From the NCBI RefSeq assembly GCF_001194135.2, contig NC_068981.1, forward strand, positions 70,465,543-70,529,542: DNA of 64,000 bases. Reading direction: 5' to 3'. Positions 51,842-63,956 of the stretch are shown here, one piece after another. Position numbers and translations under genes: made by a program. How positions within the stretch are numbered: position 1 is the stretch's first letter; each line of letters opens with the position of its first letter. The notes beneath the pieces were generated by a model. The model saw nothing but the letters and a program-made list of their open reading frames with translations. It searched no databases and was not told the origin of the DNA. This DNA is from Octopus bimaculoides. Lineage: Eukaryota.

Positions 51842-53105
51842 CTAGCAAATCTACCCATTTACGACGGAGACATTAAATGAGGGAGGGAAATCATAACAAC
51901 AATATGTATTGAGAAATGTGAAAATGGACTTGCTAGATTACTGGATGATGTCTTAGAGAAATCACATCATTGTTGGTGATACAGCATTTTATTTCAGTTA
52001 TATGACATGTGTTTGCGACTGACATGTGATGACGATTCGCTCACAAACTGAAATAGACTCCCAGCTTGTGTGTCGAACAGTTATGTGGACTACTCCTAAG
52101 GAAAGCCGGTGCTTCTTCGACCGCAACATAAACAAATTTAAGGAAAAAATGTTATTTAGATATACTTTTATTTTAGTTGTTTACACTAGTTTACATCCAA
52201 AGTTCACAAACTTATTTATATTATGAATCATATTCCTTTCGACAAATCAATATGATTACAAAGCTTTTTAATAGACGATATTTTCTGTTCGGTCGACGCT
52301 AATTTTCAAATCACTGGAGTCCGTTGTTCTACTCATAGCGGTTCTACTGGCCGTGTGTAAATATCGGCGTGGGTAAAAATACAGCTACACGATCTGAAAT
52401 CTGGCCCTGTGTCTTGTTTGCTGTGAATGCGCGAGCGGAGCTTGAGGATTACAACAGATCAAACTAAGACTTACCTGTGCTATATGAATAATGTCTGGAT
52501 GTTCTGGTACCATGGGTTATTTTAATTGACAAAAGTGAGATGTAAGCGACAGTCCGCTTTGATTAGCCGTTTTGGATCCTGCTCGAGACTGACACATTTC
52601 AATAACTACTAAATAATCACACACACTGTATACTGACACACACTTTGTCCAATTTAGTTTCACTATTAACCGTCCTTGCGACTCGATTCGTATCTACGAT
52701 GGTGCAACGAGTTGTACGATAAAAATTCAGAGTTACTCGTGGTCGGTGAATTTTTTAACGTCCATTACTGTAAGATAGTAAATCTACACATCTTCGATGG
52801 GAAATAAAGGGGTATTATCGCAAATCTAAGCCATCTAAATTCACGAACTACAATGGGGTGGAATCCAGAGTTAAACCTCGTCACCAGAATTTTAACAAAA
52901 ACGCATCAAAGGTGATTCATTAGCACAAAACTCAATATCCACTAACTAATCATAGTTTTTCACATTTTTTTTTCGCTAAAACCTTCCTTCATAATACTGA
53001 AAAAACATCATGACCATTGGTCCAACCGTTTGACCATGAAGAGAGGACAGACAGATAGACAGACAGATGGAAAGACAGACTGACATAACGTCTATTATAG
53101 TAAGA
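51842..53105 (-). mobile_element. Probable non-autonomous Helitron (Lep1-like organisation)
   Basis: Minus 5' end a|TCTTACTATAATAGA, then (GTCT)n and caaacggttggaccaat. 3' end tccgt-cgtaa-atggg hairpin, tagatttg, CTAG|t. Inserted between A and T. Confidence 0.55.
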
Positions 53106-53536
53106 TTATGCTCCAAATATAACTGCGCATTATTTGATAGAGAAAAAGCCTAAGGAGATCGGAATGTAAAGTACTTTAACAGCGTAATATATTTTATGAA
53201 CATTGTTGCTTTGAAACCTTAGAAATATATTTTATATTGACTTTTGTATAAAATTTAAGATAAGGCATTCCACAATATTGATAGATTGAAATGCATATTT
53301 ATATTACCTTTATACAATTGTGCTCCTTACTTGTCTTCACTAATCCATTACAGAAGCTTTTAAAATTCAATTTTAAAACATCCTGTCTTCATATTATATA
53401 AATATCAATTACATACAGTATAGGAATACATCAGATATTTGTTTTATATATTTCAATAATATACTAATGGATATTATATTTGTGTGTATGAGTGCGTATT
53501 GAGTGGTAGATTATGAATGAACGTTACACTAGTGTA

Positions 53537-53591
<55 letters not shown>

Positions 53592-53744
53592 GTGCGTGTA
53601 CGTGTGGTTGGAGATAAATTAATCAACGCAGTAAATTCTGCGTATCCTTTCGTGTTGATGCAGCCATTTGTGACTTCAAATCCGGAAAATACACTTTCAA
53701 ATTTATATATTCAGCAACCTGAAATAAAATTTAAGATTGTAGTA

Positions 53745-53875
53745 GAATATAATTGCCCAAGATGTGACCGTGTGGTATCTTGGGCAAATGTTTTCTCCTA
53801 CAGCCTGGGAGGTGACCAACGTGTTGTGAGTGGATTTGGTGGGAGGAAACTGAAAGCATTACCGTTTAGCTCGTT
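53745..53875 (+). mobile_element. Diverged SINE family B fragment
   Basis: cttgggcaaatgttttctcctacagcctggga..gtgagtggatttggtgggaggaaactgaaag. Confidence 0.7.
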
Positions 53876-54021
53876 GAATATCAACATATGTTAAGTTAGT
53901 TTTCCTCAGTAGTAGTCGTAGTAGTAGTAGCTGCTGTTTTTGTTGTGAAGTTTCTTGATTTGTATTTTCTTTTTAGTTTCTGTTTCTTGTTTGTTCGTTC
54001 ATTAGTATAACTTTGACTTGT

Positions 54022-54398
54022 GGAGGAGCAATGGCCCAATGGTTAAGGCAGCGGACTCGCGGTCATAGGATCGCGGTTTCGATTCCCAGACCGCGTGTTG
54101 TGAGTGTTTATTGAGCAAAAACACTTAAATTTCCACGAGGCTCCGGCAGGAGATGGTGGTGAACCCTGCTGTACTCTTTCACCACATCTTTCTCTTACTT
54201 CCTGTTTCTGTTGTGCTTGTAATTCAAAGGGTCAGCCTTGTCACACTGTGTCACGCTGAACATTCCCGAGAACTACGTTAAGGGTACACGTGTCTGTGGA
54301 GTGCTCAGCCACTTGCACGTTAATTTCACGAGAAGGCTGTTCCGTTGATCGGATCAACTGGAACCATCGACGTCGTAAGCGACGGAGTGCCATCAACA
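54022..54398 (+). mobile_element. tRNA-derived SINE family D
   Basis: Box A TGGCCCAATGG, box B GTTTCGATTCC, tail cgacggagtgcca(t)caaca. Confidence 0.93.
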
Positions 54399-54745
54399 TA
54401 AGTTTTACTATTTGTTTACTTTGGTTGGTGGTTCATTCGTTTTGTTTTCTTTATTCATGCCGAGAGGTGGATCCGAGAAAACTGGAAGACGTATTTTGCA
54501 TTAGATTTAAGCGCCAGGATGAAATTAGAATATTTTAGGAGACCGATTCTTAGGTCTGGCCCAAGTAGATATAAATATTCCAAATTGTTTGTTAAGTGTT
54601 CTGAAGTAATGTATAACTCAAAATATAATTTTCTTTTTTACGCTTCCACATGTAAAGCAACGTGAAAAGATTGAGGAAGATTTTGTTGCCTTAGTCGAAA
54701 TCCGCAGTAAAATGATATGATGATTTAAAAGATGAAGATAGTTAC

Positions 54746-54912
54746 AAAATTTGACACAAGGCCGCCAATTTCGAGGATCGAAGGTCGATAAATAAGTAAC
54801 AGTTATACACTGGGGTCGATACAACGTCAATCTCAGTGGAATTTGAACTCAGAACGTAAACACTGACGAAATACCGCTAATCATTTTGCCCGGCGTACTA
54901 GAGATTCTGCAT
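54746..54912 (-). mobile_element. SINE family A with an internally inverted segment
   Basis: Both ends are in minus orientation, but 54782-54822 reads in plus orientation. Confidence 0.7.
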
Positions 54913-55019
54913 GCTCGCCGCCATAATGATGGTGATTATAGAAAAAGGAAGATAATAAAATCTTAATAATATTAATAGCAACAACAAGATATAGTCGAAT
55001 ACATCAATCCCAGGATGTA

Positions 55020-55140
55020 TCCTTTAACATCTTATATTTATTCTATCCGCCTCTTTTGCCGAACTACCACATTATAAAAGAAACCAAAACCGATTGTCAA
55101 GTGGTGGTGGGTTACAAAGAAAAACATAAAGACAAACATT
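55020..55140 (-). mobile_element. SINE family C body fragment
   Basis: cttttgccgaac..cgattgtcaagtggtggtggg..aaac. Confidence 0.6.
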
Positions 55141-55647
55141 TATAGAATTTTATAATATATATATANNNNNNNNNNNNNNNNNNNNNNNNNNNNNNNNNNN
55201 NNNNNNNNNNNNNNNNNNNNNNNNNNNNNNNNNNNNNNNNNNNNNNNNNNNNNNNNNNNNNNNNNNNNNNNNNNNNNNNNNNNNNNNNNNNNNNNNNNNN
55301 NNNNNNNNNNNNNNNNNNNNNNNNNNNNNNNNNNNNNNNNNNNNNNNNNNNNNNNNNNNNNNNNNNNNNNNNNNNNNNNNNNNNNNNNNNNNNNNNNNNN
55401 NNNNNNNNNNNNNNNNNNNNNNNNNNNNNNNNNNNNNNNNNNNNNNNNNNNNNNNNNNNNNNNNNNNNNNNNNNNNNNNNNNNNNNNNNNNNNNNNNNNN
55501 NNNNNNNNNNNNNNNNNNNNNNNNNNNNGCAATTTTAAGGCATGGGATCAGGCTACAACAATTACGGCAATATTTTACTGGTACGTAATAATACCGACCT
55601 TGCTACTACAATAAAATAATAATAATAACAACAACAACAACAACAAC

Positions 55648-55715
<68 letters not shown>

Positions 55716-55719
<4 letters not shown>

Positions 55720-57118
55720 AGAGAGAGAATGGCAAAATCAAATGTATGAACGGGCAAACGATACCTTCGGGGGAGGTTACGAAGCAGAAAGAAGAGACGG
55801 CTATAAGTACTTGGGGATTTTGGAAATGGATAAACTGGTGGAGAAAGAAATGACAGAAAAAATTAAGGTGGAGTACTTGCGCAGACTGAGAGAGATCCTT
55901 AAGTCGAAATTAAACGGTCAGAATAAGATCAAAAGTATCAACACCTGGGCGGTTTCAAGTCTTAGATATGAAGAAGGGGTAATCATATGGACAGTAGACG
56001 AACTAAACAGCTTAGACAGAAAGAGAAGTAAGTTGCTAACTAGATATGGGTCAATCCACCCAAAAAGTGACACAGACTGTATGTACCAAGAAAAAGAGGG
56101 GGAAAATTACTTATTGGATGCGAACACAGCATTAGAGCAGAAGGAAGCAACATAATATGGTATGTAAAAAAAATGTCACAGAACCGCAATTATTAGACGT
56201 AAGAAGATCAGGCTTGTGTGGGATGAAAGATTGCAAAGATAAAGCACTGTACAAGAAATTGAAAACGAATGAAACCGAAAATAGGTGGGTAAAGAAAAGA
56301 ATGCATGATCATTTTCAATGATATACTGAAGATTAGACAGACGGAGAAAAAGATGACAATGGATGACTAAAAGTGATTTAAAACCGGAAATATAGTCTCT
56401 AATCCGTGCTGCCCAAGAGCAAACACTAAGAAAAAACTGCATAAAGCACAAAGTAGACAACACAGAGAAAGTAAGAAGTGCAGAATCTGTGGACAAAACG
56501 GTGAAAACGTATGGCATATTACCAGCCACTGTACGCCACTAGCCCAGAAAGAATATAAGAGACGCTACGACAATATAGCCAGGCTTGTCCATTGTACACT
56601 TTGCAACAAGTATGGACTTGACAGAGCAAATAGCTGGTGCAACCTCAAACCTGAAGGTATCGTCGAAAAGAGAAATGCGAAGATCCTATAGGATTTCATG
56701 ATTCAGTGCGACCATGAGATAGACAATAGGAATCCAGACATAGTCTTAATTGAGAAAGGAAACAAACTATGCTTGATCATAGATGTATCATGCCCAGCTG
56801 ACAAGGTATGCGATAAGGAAGAAAGAAAAGTCAAGAGATATGACATGTTAGCTTGAGAAGTTAAGCAGTTTTGGTCGATGAAAAAGGTAGCAGTAGTCCC
56901 AATAATTGTCGGAGCCCTGGGAACAGTGAGCAAAAATCTCGTGAAGTACGTGGAACAAATAGGGGCTGCAATAAGGGTGGAGCACTTGCAGAAAACAGCA
57001 CTGATTGGAACCGCTCGAATACTCCGCAAGGTGCTCGAAAGTAAGAGGGTAAGACCTTAGTCCACTGCTAGTGAACAGCTGACACTATAGTACATCTCCA
57101 GCGTTAGAAGCTGTGCAA
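55716..57118 (+). mobile_element. 5'-truncated Dong/R4-type RLE LINE (post-RT, CCHC, RLE), downstream of (TAA/CAA)n
   Basis: GYKYLGILE..EYLRRLREILKSKLNGQNKIKSINTWAVS..HPKSD; CRICGQNGENVWHITSHC; RNPDIVLIEK..IIDVSCP..KRYDML; VVPIIVGALG..LQKTALIGTARILRKVLE. Microsatellite at 55612-55715. Confidence 0.95.
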
Positions 57119-57880
57119 NNNNNNNNNNNNNNNNNNNNNNNNNNNNNNNNNNNNNNNNNNNNNNNNNNNNNNNNNNNNNNNNNNNNNNNNNNNNNNNNNN
57201 NNNNNNNNNNNNNNNNNNNNNNNNNNNNNNNNNNNNNNNNNNNNNNNNNNNNNNNNNNNNNNNNNNNNNNNNNNNNNNNNNNNNNNNNNNNNNNNNNNNN
57301 NNNNNNNNNNNNNNNNNNNNNNNNNNNNNNNNNNNNNNNNNNNNNNNNNNNNNNNNNNNNNNNNNNNNNNNNNNNNNNNNNNNNNNNNNNNNNNNNNNNN
57401 NNNNNNNNNNNNNNNNNNNNNNNNNNNNNNNNNNNNNNNNNNNNNNNNNNNNNNNNNNNNNNNNNNNNNNNNNNNNNNNNNNNNNNNNNNNNNNNNNNNN
57501 NNNNNNNNNNNCTATCAGTCATTAAAAATAGAACAAAGTGAATGGGTTCTTTTCAATTCCAAGCTCAGGGTTCTTATTGAGCACTAGTAGTAGTAAACAC
57601 ATTTGACCTCTGCTGAGCCCAAGGGTCTGAGACTGCTTTTGTCTCCTCATCGCACAGGAATGCCGAATCTATTTACAGACCTGTGAAATTTAATCTATTC
57701 ACCAAACTGTCTCACCTTCTCCTGCCATTCCCTTAAACCCTTACATGTTTATGCTCATCTCAACTACAAGAAAAAGTTGAAACTAAACAACATTCAATAA
57801 TACCTTTTAATAATAAATGGATATAATAATAATAATAGAAATAATGGTGATGGTGGTAATAATAATAATAATAATAATAA

Positions 57881-58074
57881 AAGAGACCTGCCACAAGAGC
57901 AGAAGGGGTGCAAACCACTACTAGGCACCGTGCATATTGTACGTAAATCACTTTCAATATAGTGTAACGAAGAACACCACAAGAAACCACAGCGCATACC
58001 CAAGGCACAGAAGGCTTCGCTCGGCACTACAATAGGAAGCATATGATAGAAATGAGACTAGTGGATAATGATAA
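57881..58074 (+). mobile_element. Short Dong/R4-type 3' end, same subfamily as 45640
   Basis: ctactaggcaccgtgcatattgtacgtaaatcactttcaata..accacagcgcatacccaaggcacagaagg aligns with 45677-45790. Preceded by (TAA)n. Confidence 0.88.
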
Positions 58075-58461
58075 GTTGTTGTTGGCACTCCGTCGCTTAC
58101 GAGGTCGAGGGCTGCAGTTGATCCGATCAACGGAACAGCTTGCTAGTGAAATTAACTTGCAAGTGGCTGAGCACTCCACAGACACGTGTACCCTTAACGT
58201 AGTTGCTCGGGGATATTCAGCGTGACACAGTGTGACAAGGCTGGCCCTTTGAATTACAGGCACAACAGAAAAAGGAAGTAAGAGTGAGAGAAAGTTGCGG
58301 TGAAAGAGTACAGCAGGGTTCACCACCCTACCCTGCCAGAGCCTCGTGGAGCTTTAGGTGTTTTTGCTCAATAAACACTCACGACGCCCGGTCTGGGAAG
58401 CGAAACCGCAATCCTATGAAAGCGAGTCCGTTGCCCTAACCACTGGGCCATTGCGCCTCCA
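58075..58461 (-). mobile_element. SINE family D with a 13-bp TSD
   Basis: Reverse complement of the 54022 copy. TGGATAATGATAA at 58062-58074 and 58462-58474. Confidence 0.95.
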
Positions 58462-58489
58462 TGGATAATGATAATTAAAAATAAGATAA

Positions 58490-58526
58490 AATAACTACTA
58501 TTAATAATAATACAACCACTACTACT

Positions 58527-58569
<43 letters not shown>

Positions 58570-58680
58570 ATACTACTAATACTACTAATACTACTAAAAC
58601 ATTATGATAATAACCATGTTGATCATGTTCATAATTACGTTCATATTCATTATGATGATGATCATGATGATAATCATGCA
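58490..58680. repeat. (TAC)n/(ACC)n/(TGA)n compound triplet repeat
   Basis: Read directly from the sequence. Confidence 0.92.
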
Positions 58681-60908
58681 AAAGAAGAAAATCATGCTTC
58701 TGCTATTCTATTTGTGTGTGCATATTTGCGTGTGCTATTTCTGACTGTATGTTTGTGTCAATTAGGTAGTGGGGGGGGGGCGTGTGCGTGCGTGCGTGTG
58801 CGTCCGTGTGTGTATGTGTGTGTCTGTGTGTGTGTGTGCGTGTGTGTGTGTGTTTGTGTCTGAATGTTTTTGAGTGCCTTCGTGAAAATCTTTTCCGGAA
58901 GAGCATTGTAAATATGTTTTACAACAAATGTTTCGCATTTACTTATTTCTTTGTTTTTCAGTTTTTGGGGGCATGGGGATGTCGGGTCGTTAAGTTTTGC
59001 GTTCTTTAGCGAACTTCTACACTGTTGGAATTCCGCTTTGCTTATAATGATAGCGGTGATTTGTACATTGTACTAAAAAGCCAAATGTGTTGCGTTTCTT
59101 ACCAATTTATATTCACATTGTATTCTCGTAAATAAATACACAAATGCATATTAATGCAATGATCTGAATGCAATTATACAAACATGGATGAGAATGTCAG
59201 AAATGGTGAGGAAGTATGTATATATGTATGTATTTACGCATCGTAAAATAAATTGAACGGTGGAGTTAATGGATATACATCATGACTTGCTGAAAAATTT
59301 ATCCCAATATACAGTTAAAATATTGAACTTCCTGTTATTTTCGTAAGAAAATTCTGAAAATTCGAACTAAAAATTTGTTGTCAGATATTAGCAACCTTTA
59401 TTGCTCGAGCACCAAAGTAAATCTTCTCCTTTCCTTTCTNNNNNNNNNNNNNNNNNNNNNNNNNNNNNNNNNNNNNNNNNNNNNNNNNNNNNNNNNNNNN
59501 NNNNNNNNNNNNNNNNNNNNNNNNNNNNNNNNNNNNNNNNNNNNNNNNNNNNNNNNNNNNNNNNNNNNNNNNNNNNNNNNNNNNNNNNNNNNNNNNNNNN
59601 NNNNNNNNNNNNNNNNNNNNNNNNNNNNNNNNNNNNNNNNNNNNNNNNNNNNNNNNNNNNNNNNNNNNNNNNNNNNNNNNNNNNNNNNNNNNNNNNNNNN
59701 NNNNNNNNNNNNNNNNTGTGTTTGTGTGTATTTATATATATATATATATATATATATACAGAGAGAGTAAGAGAGAGAGTAAGAGAGAGAGTAAGAGAGA
59801 GAGAAAGGGAAATATGTATATGTATCTCTGTGTGTGTGAGTGTATGCAGGTACGAGAATATTCGAATCTATATGCGTTATTTAACATGTATATCTATCTA
59901 TCTATCTGTATATGTATATATATATATACATGCATACATACATACATACATACATACATACATGCATACATACATACACACATATATACATACATATACT
60001 CACACATAGACATATATGCTTGCATATATACATATATTATAGGCTTCAGATGAAATTCAGAAAAATAAACAATACTTGTTTTCCATTTGTTTTTTGTTTT
60101 TTTGCGGGGGGGGGGGCCTTGCTTTATATTTATTGATGTTTTTCTGCGCATGTCTTTTGAATATTTACTTTGAACGAGTGAAAACCGACAAACGCATATT
60201 CATAAAGACAAATATCTATATATAAGTTTTTAATGATCAATGAAATATGCAATATACAAATTTACATATAATTTGCATACCTTTAATGACATAGGTATGG
60301 CTTATAGATAATGCTGTGAAAAGAAATAATATACAAGTGGATTGTAAGAAAAGGAAACCTTTAATATCGCACAAAATTAATTCAGTAGCATGTAACTTAA
60401 AACCGTGTCGGCCAAACGGGGATTATTATTAATATACACGTCTTCTGTTCACTACTGTCATATTAATACTGTTCTCTTATATTATTCATTATGTATAATT
60501 ATCTTGCGATGTGCGCTATCTTTACAAATTGAGATATCTCAAACTGAATATATCACTCATGTATTAGAAATAATATATATTTTTCAAGAAAAATACATAC
60601 AGAATATGATTGTGTACCTATGAATATTCTAGTAGGAAAATGAGATGGGCGTAATTGTATGACATGTTTTTCGGTTTTTCTTTTGGTGTTTTTTGTCTGT
60701 TTTGTTGGTAGCAAGGCTTAAGTAAATGGAATGTTTGTGAACTGGAAGACACGCATTGGCAAATTATTTGTTTCTATGTGATGTTAGTTCAAGAATTATT
60801 ACAAAATCCCGGTGTGTTTCCTGCATTAACTTTTGAAATAATCATATGGAGATAAACGATACTTCATTTCTATACTTTGTTTTTTTTTTAATTTTGTGTT
60901 TTCAATAT

Positions 60909-61280
60909 CTTTTATTTTTTACTTGTTTCAGCCATTTAACTGCGGTCATGCTGTGGCACCGCCTTGAAGGGATTTTTTAGTAGAACAAATCCACCCAATG
61001 ACTTATTTTTGAAACCCTGGTACTTATTAGCAATGGTGGGAGACAAACACAGACACAAAGACACACATATACGAACACACAAATACACATACATATATAC
61101 AACAGGTTTCTTTCAGTTTCCGTCTGCCAATCTATTTCCAAGGATTTGGTCAGCACAAGGACATCATAAAATGAACCTATCAAAGGTGCCACGCAGTGGG
61201 ACTGAAAGCGGAACGGTGTGGTTAGGAAGCAAGCTCCTTATCACACAGTCACGCCATCGTCTGTAGCCACGCCTGCGCCT
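60909..61280 (-). mobile_element. Composite SINE (B head + CA tract + C body)
   Basis: Same organisation as 30921-31317. Confidence 0.88.
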
Positions 61281-61837
61281 CTATATATCTGTGGATTTTA
61301 ACAAGGAAATGGGAATTAACGAGAAATATAGCTGCTAAATTTACCGTACTGGGCAGTAACTGCTCATATATGCATACATACATAGTTAAACACATAAATA
61401 TATATACACAATTCAATTGTTAACTGTTTTTGCTGGCCAGCTCAGGTAGAGTAGACTCATAATCAAAACCGATGTGTTCTTGACAATATCTTTCATGTTT
61501 TTAAGTATGCAACACCAAATTCTATGTATGAAGCACTCGAGATCGTACTCGAGATCGTTACAATGTAAAGGATTGTCACATTTGAAAAGCTGCTAATGAT
61601 GCACCAGGTGATAGGAACTCATGTGAAGATCAAAGACGGACAAAGAGAAACACATATCAACTTTAAATTATGTATTTGCATACATAGAATAAGCAGGCAT
61701 GAATGTATAGATTCGTTGTACCAAAAGCTTCTATGTATGAAAACTCGTATATTCTATTTACATTTTGAATTATAGCTTAAATATGAAAATACAATAATTA
61801 TCAAATCAACAGGAGAACAAATACAGCGGTTCAAGTT

Positions 61838-61967
61838 ATGTACTGGTATTTATTGAATCGACTCCGAAAAGATGAAAGGCAAAGTCAGCCCCGTCGGAAT
61901 TTGAATTCAGAATAAAAGGACGAACGACATTCTGCTAAGCATTTTATTCTGCTATATCGGCGCCTTT
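61838..61967 (-). mobile_element. Diverged SINE family A fragment
   Basis: gatgaaaggcaaagtc..ggaatttgaattcagaa..gctaagcatttt..cgcctt. Confidence 0.75.
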
Positions 61968-61984
61968 CATATCACATAATTTTG

Positions 61985-62220
61985 TTGTTGTTGGCACTCC
62001 GTCGCTTACGACGTCGAGGGTTCCAGTTGATCCGATCAACGGAACAGCCTGCTCGTGAAATTAACGTGCAAGTCGCTGAGCACTCCACAGACACGTGTAC
62101 CCTTAACGTAGTTCTCGGGGATATTCAGCGTGACACGGTGTGACAAGGCTGACCCTTTGAATTACAGGCACAACAGAAACAGAAAGTAAGAGTGAGAGAA
62201 AGTTGTGGTGAAAGAGTACA
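61985..62220 (-). mobile_element. SINE family D, 3' half (head lost in the gap)
   Basis: Near-identical to 58075-58315. Confidence 0.93.
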
Positions 62221-63109
62221 NNNNNNNNNNNNNNNNNNNNNNNNNNNNNNNNNNNNNNNNNNNNNNNNNNNNNNNNNNNNNNNNNNNNNNNNNNNNNNNN
62301 NNNNNNNNNNNNNNNNNNNNNNNNNNNNNNNNNNNNNNNNNNNNNNNNNNNNNNNNNNNNNNNNNNNNNNNNNNNNNNNNNNNNNNNNNNNNNNNNNNNN
62401 NNNNNNNNNNNNNNNNNNNNNNNNNNNNNNNNNNNNNNNNNNNNNNNNNNNNNNNNNNNNNNNNNNNNNNNNNNNNNNNNNNNNNNNNNNNNNNNNNNNN
62501 NNNNNNNNNNNNNNNNNNNNNNNNNNNNNNNNNNNNNNNNNNNNNNNNNNNNNNNNNNNNNNNNNNNNNNNNNNNNNNNNNNNNNNNNNNNNNNNNNNNN
62601 NNNNNNNNNNNNNNNNNNNNNNNNNNNNNNNNNNNNNNNNNNNNNNNNNNNNNNNNNNNNNNNNNNNNNNNNNNNNNNNNNNNNNNNNNNNNNNNNNNNN
62701 NNNNNNNNNNNNNNNNNNNNNNNNNNNNNNNNNNNNNNNNNNNNNNNNNNNNNNNNNNNNNNNNNNNNNNNNNNNNNNNNNNNNNNNNNNNNNNNNNNNN
62801 NNNNNNNNNNNNNNNNNNNNNNNNNNNNNNNNNNNNNNNNNNNNNNNNNNNNNNNNNNNNNNNNNNNNNNNNNNNNNNNNNNNNNNNNNNNNNNNNNNNN
62901 NNNNNNNNNNNNNNNNNNNNNNNNNNNNNNNNNNNNNNNNNNNNNNNNNNNNNNNNNNNNNNNNNNNNNNNNNNNNNNNNNNNNNNNNNNNNNNNNNNNN
63001 NNNNNNNNNNNNNNNNNNNNNNNNNNNNNNNNNNNNNNNNNNNNNNNNNNNNNNNNNNNNNNNNNNNNNNNNNNNATATATATATATGCATACATATATA
63101 TGCATATGT

Positions 63110-63560
63110 ACACGAACGTGTACAACAAAAAACACGAAGTACGAGTACATGGAATATGAACTATTTTTTCGAACAACGAAAGACACGAATGGAAATCAAG
63201 ACAAACAACACAAAAAAACGACCCTTCACCAGTTTTTGGCTGAATTTCTACCCTCGTATTTCGAGCATTTAACAACAAGCTATGCTTTCGATAAAACAGT
63301 TGCTCCCGCAAAGCAAATTAAATCTAATCTCGAATTTTGCAGAGGGTCAAGATTGGTAACACAAACAGGATAGTAAAAGCAAACAGGAAGGGCTGCTAAT
63401 CCTAAACAATGTTGTGTTGACGAACGCGTAACTCAAGCTTGGACAGGAGACATACATGAACACGTGTTCCTTGAACCAGCTACAACGGCGAGAAAGACAG
63501 AAACACAAGCTAGAAGAAGAAAGACGGCCGGCGGTCACGTGGGAGTCACATGTGCAAGGG
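63110..63560 (-). mobile_element. Possible retroelement (Penelope-like) 3' end
   Basis: Composition and layout resemble the 47905 element, and minus ctggtgaagggtcg is CUGAUGA-like. Weak evidence. Confidence 0.3.
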
Positions 63561-63751
63561 AAGAAGAGCGAGGGAGAGAGAGTGACAGACAGAGAACTGT
63601 GAAGGGAGGAGGAAAATTTGGAGATAGAATAAGTTAGAAAAAACAGGAGCGGGGAAGAAAGAGAGAAAAAACGAAGGAGTAATAGGATAAAATAATAGAA
63701 GATAAGGTAAAAGAAGGAGAGAAAGTGTGAAAAACGAAAGAGTAAAATATA

Positions 63752-63956
63752 TCTACTCTTTTACTTGTTTCAGTCAATTGACTGCGGCTATGCTAGAGCA
63801 CCGCCTTTAATCGAGTAAATCGACCCCAAGACTTATTCTTTGTAAGCCTAGTACTTATTCTATCGGTCTCTATGGTCGAAACGTTAAGTTACGGGAACGT
63901 AAACACACCAGCATCGGTTGTCAAGCGATGTTGGGGAACAAACAGACACACAAATG

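Larger units (their letters stand above)
994..63074. other. Sixteen assembly gaps (N runs)
   Basis: Approximate positions: 994-1254, 3149-3942, 4889-4904, 6296-7199, 7912-7921, 15924-16458, 26239-26423, 28323-29204, 35202-35557, 38743-38963, 48674-48829, 50845-51492, 55166-55528, 57119-57511, 59440-59716, 62221-63074. Most abut (TA)n or (GT)n tracts. Confidence 0.98.

Noticed and set aside
53517-53894. ORF containing VVEYNCPRC (Rdx/CxxC-like)
   Set aside because: It is assembled from a (GT)n tract and a decayed SINE-B.
54022-54095. tRNA-like heads (also near 38620-38690 and 58390-58460)
   Set aside because: They continue into multi-copy SINE bodies and lack a proper acceptor stem, so they are not tRNA genes.
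902-63373. Long ORF-track entries full of X, or of IY/VC/HT/LLL/NNN/YYY repeats
   Set aside because: They are translations through N-gaps or microsatellites.
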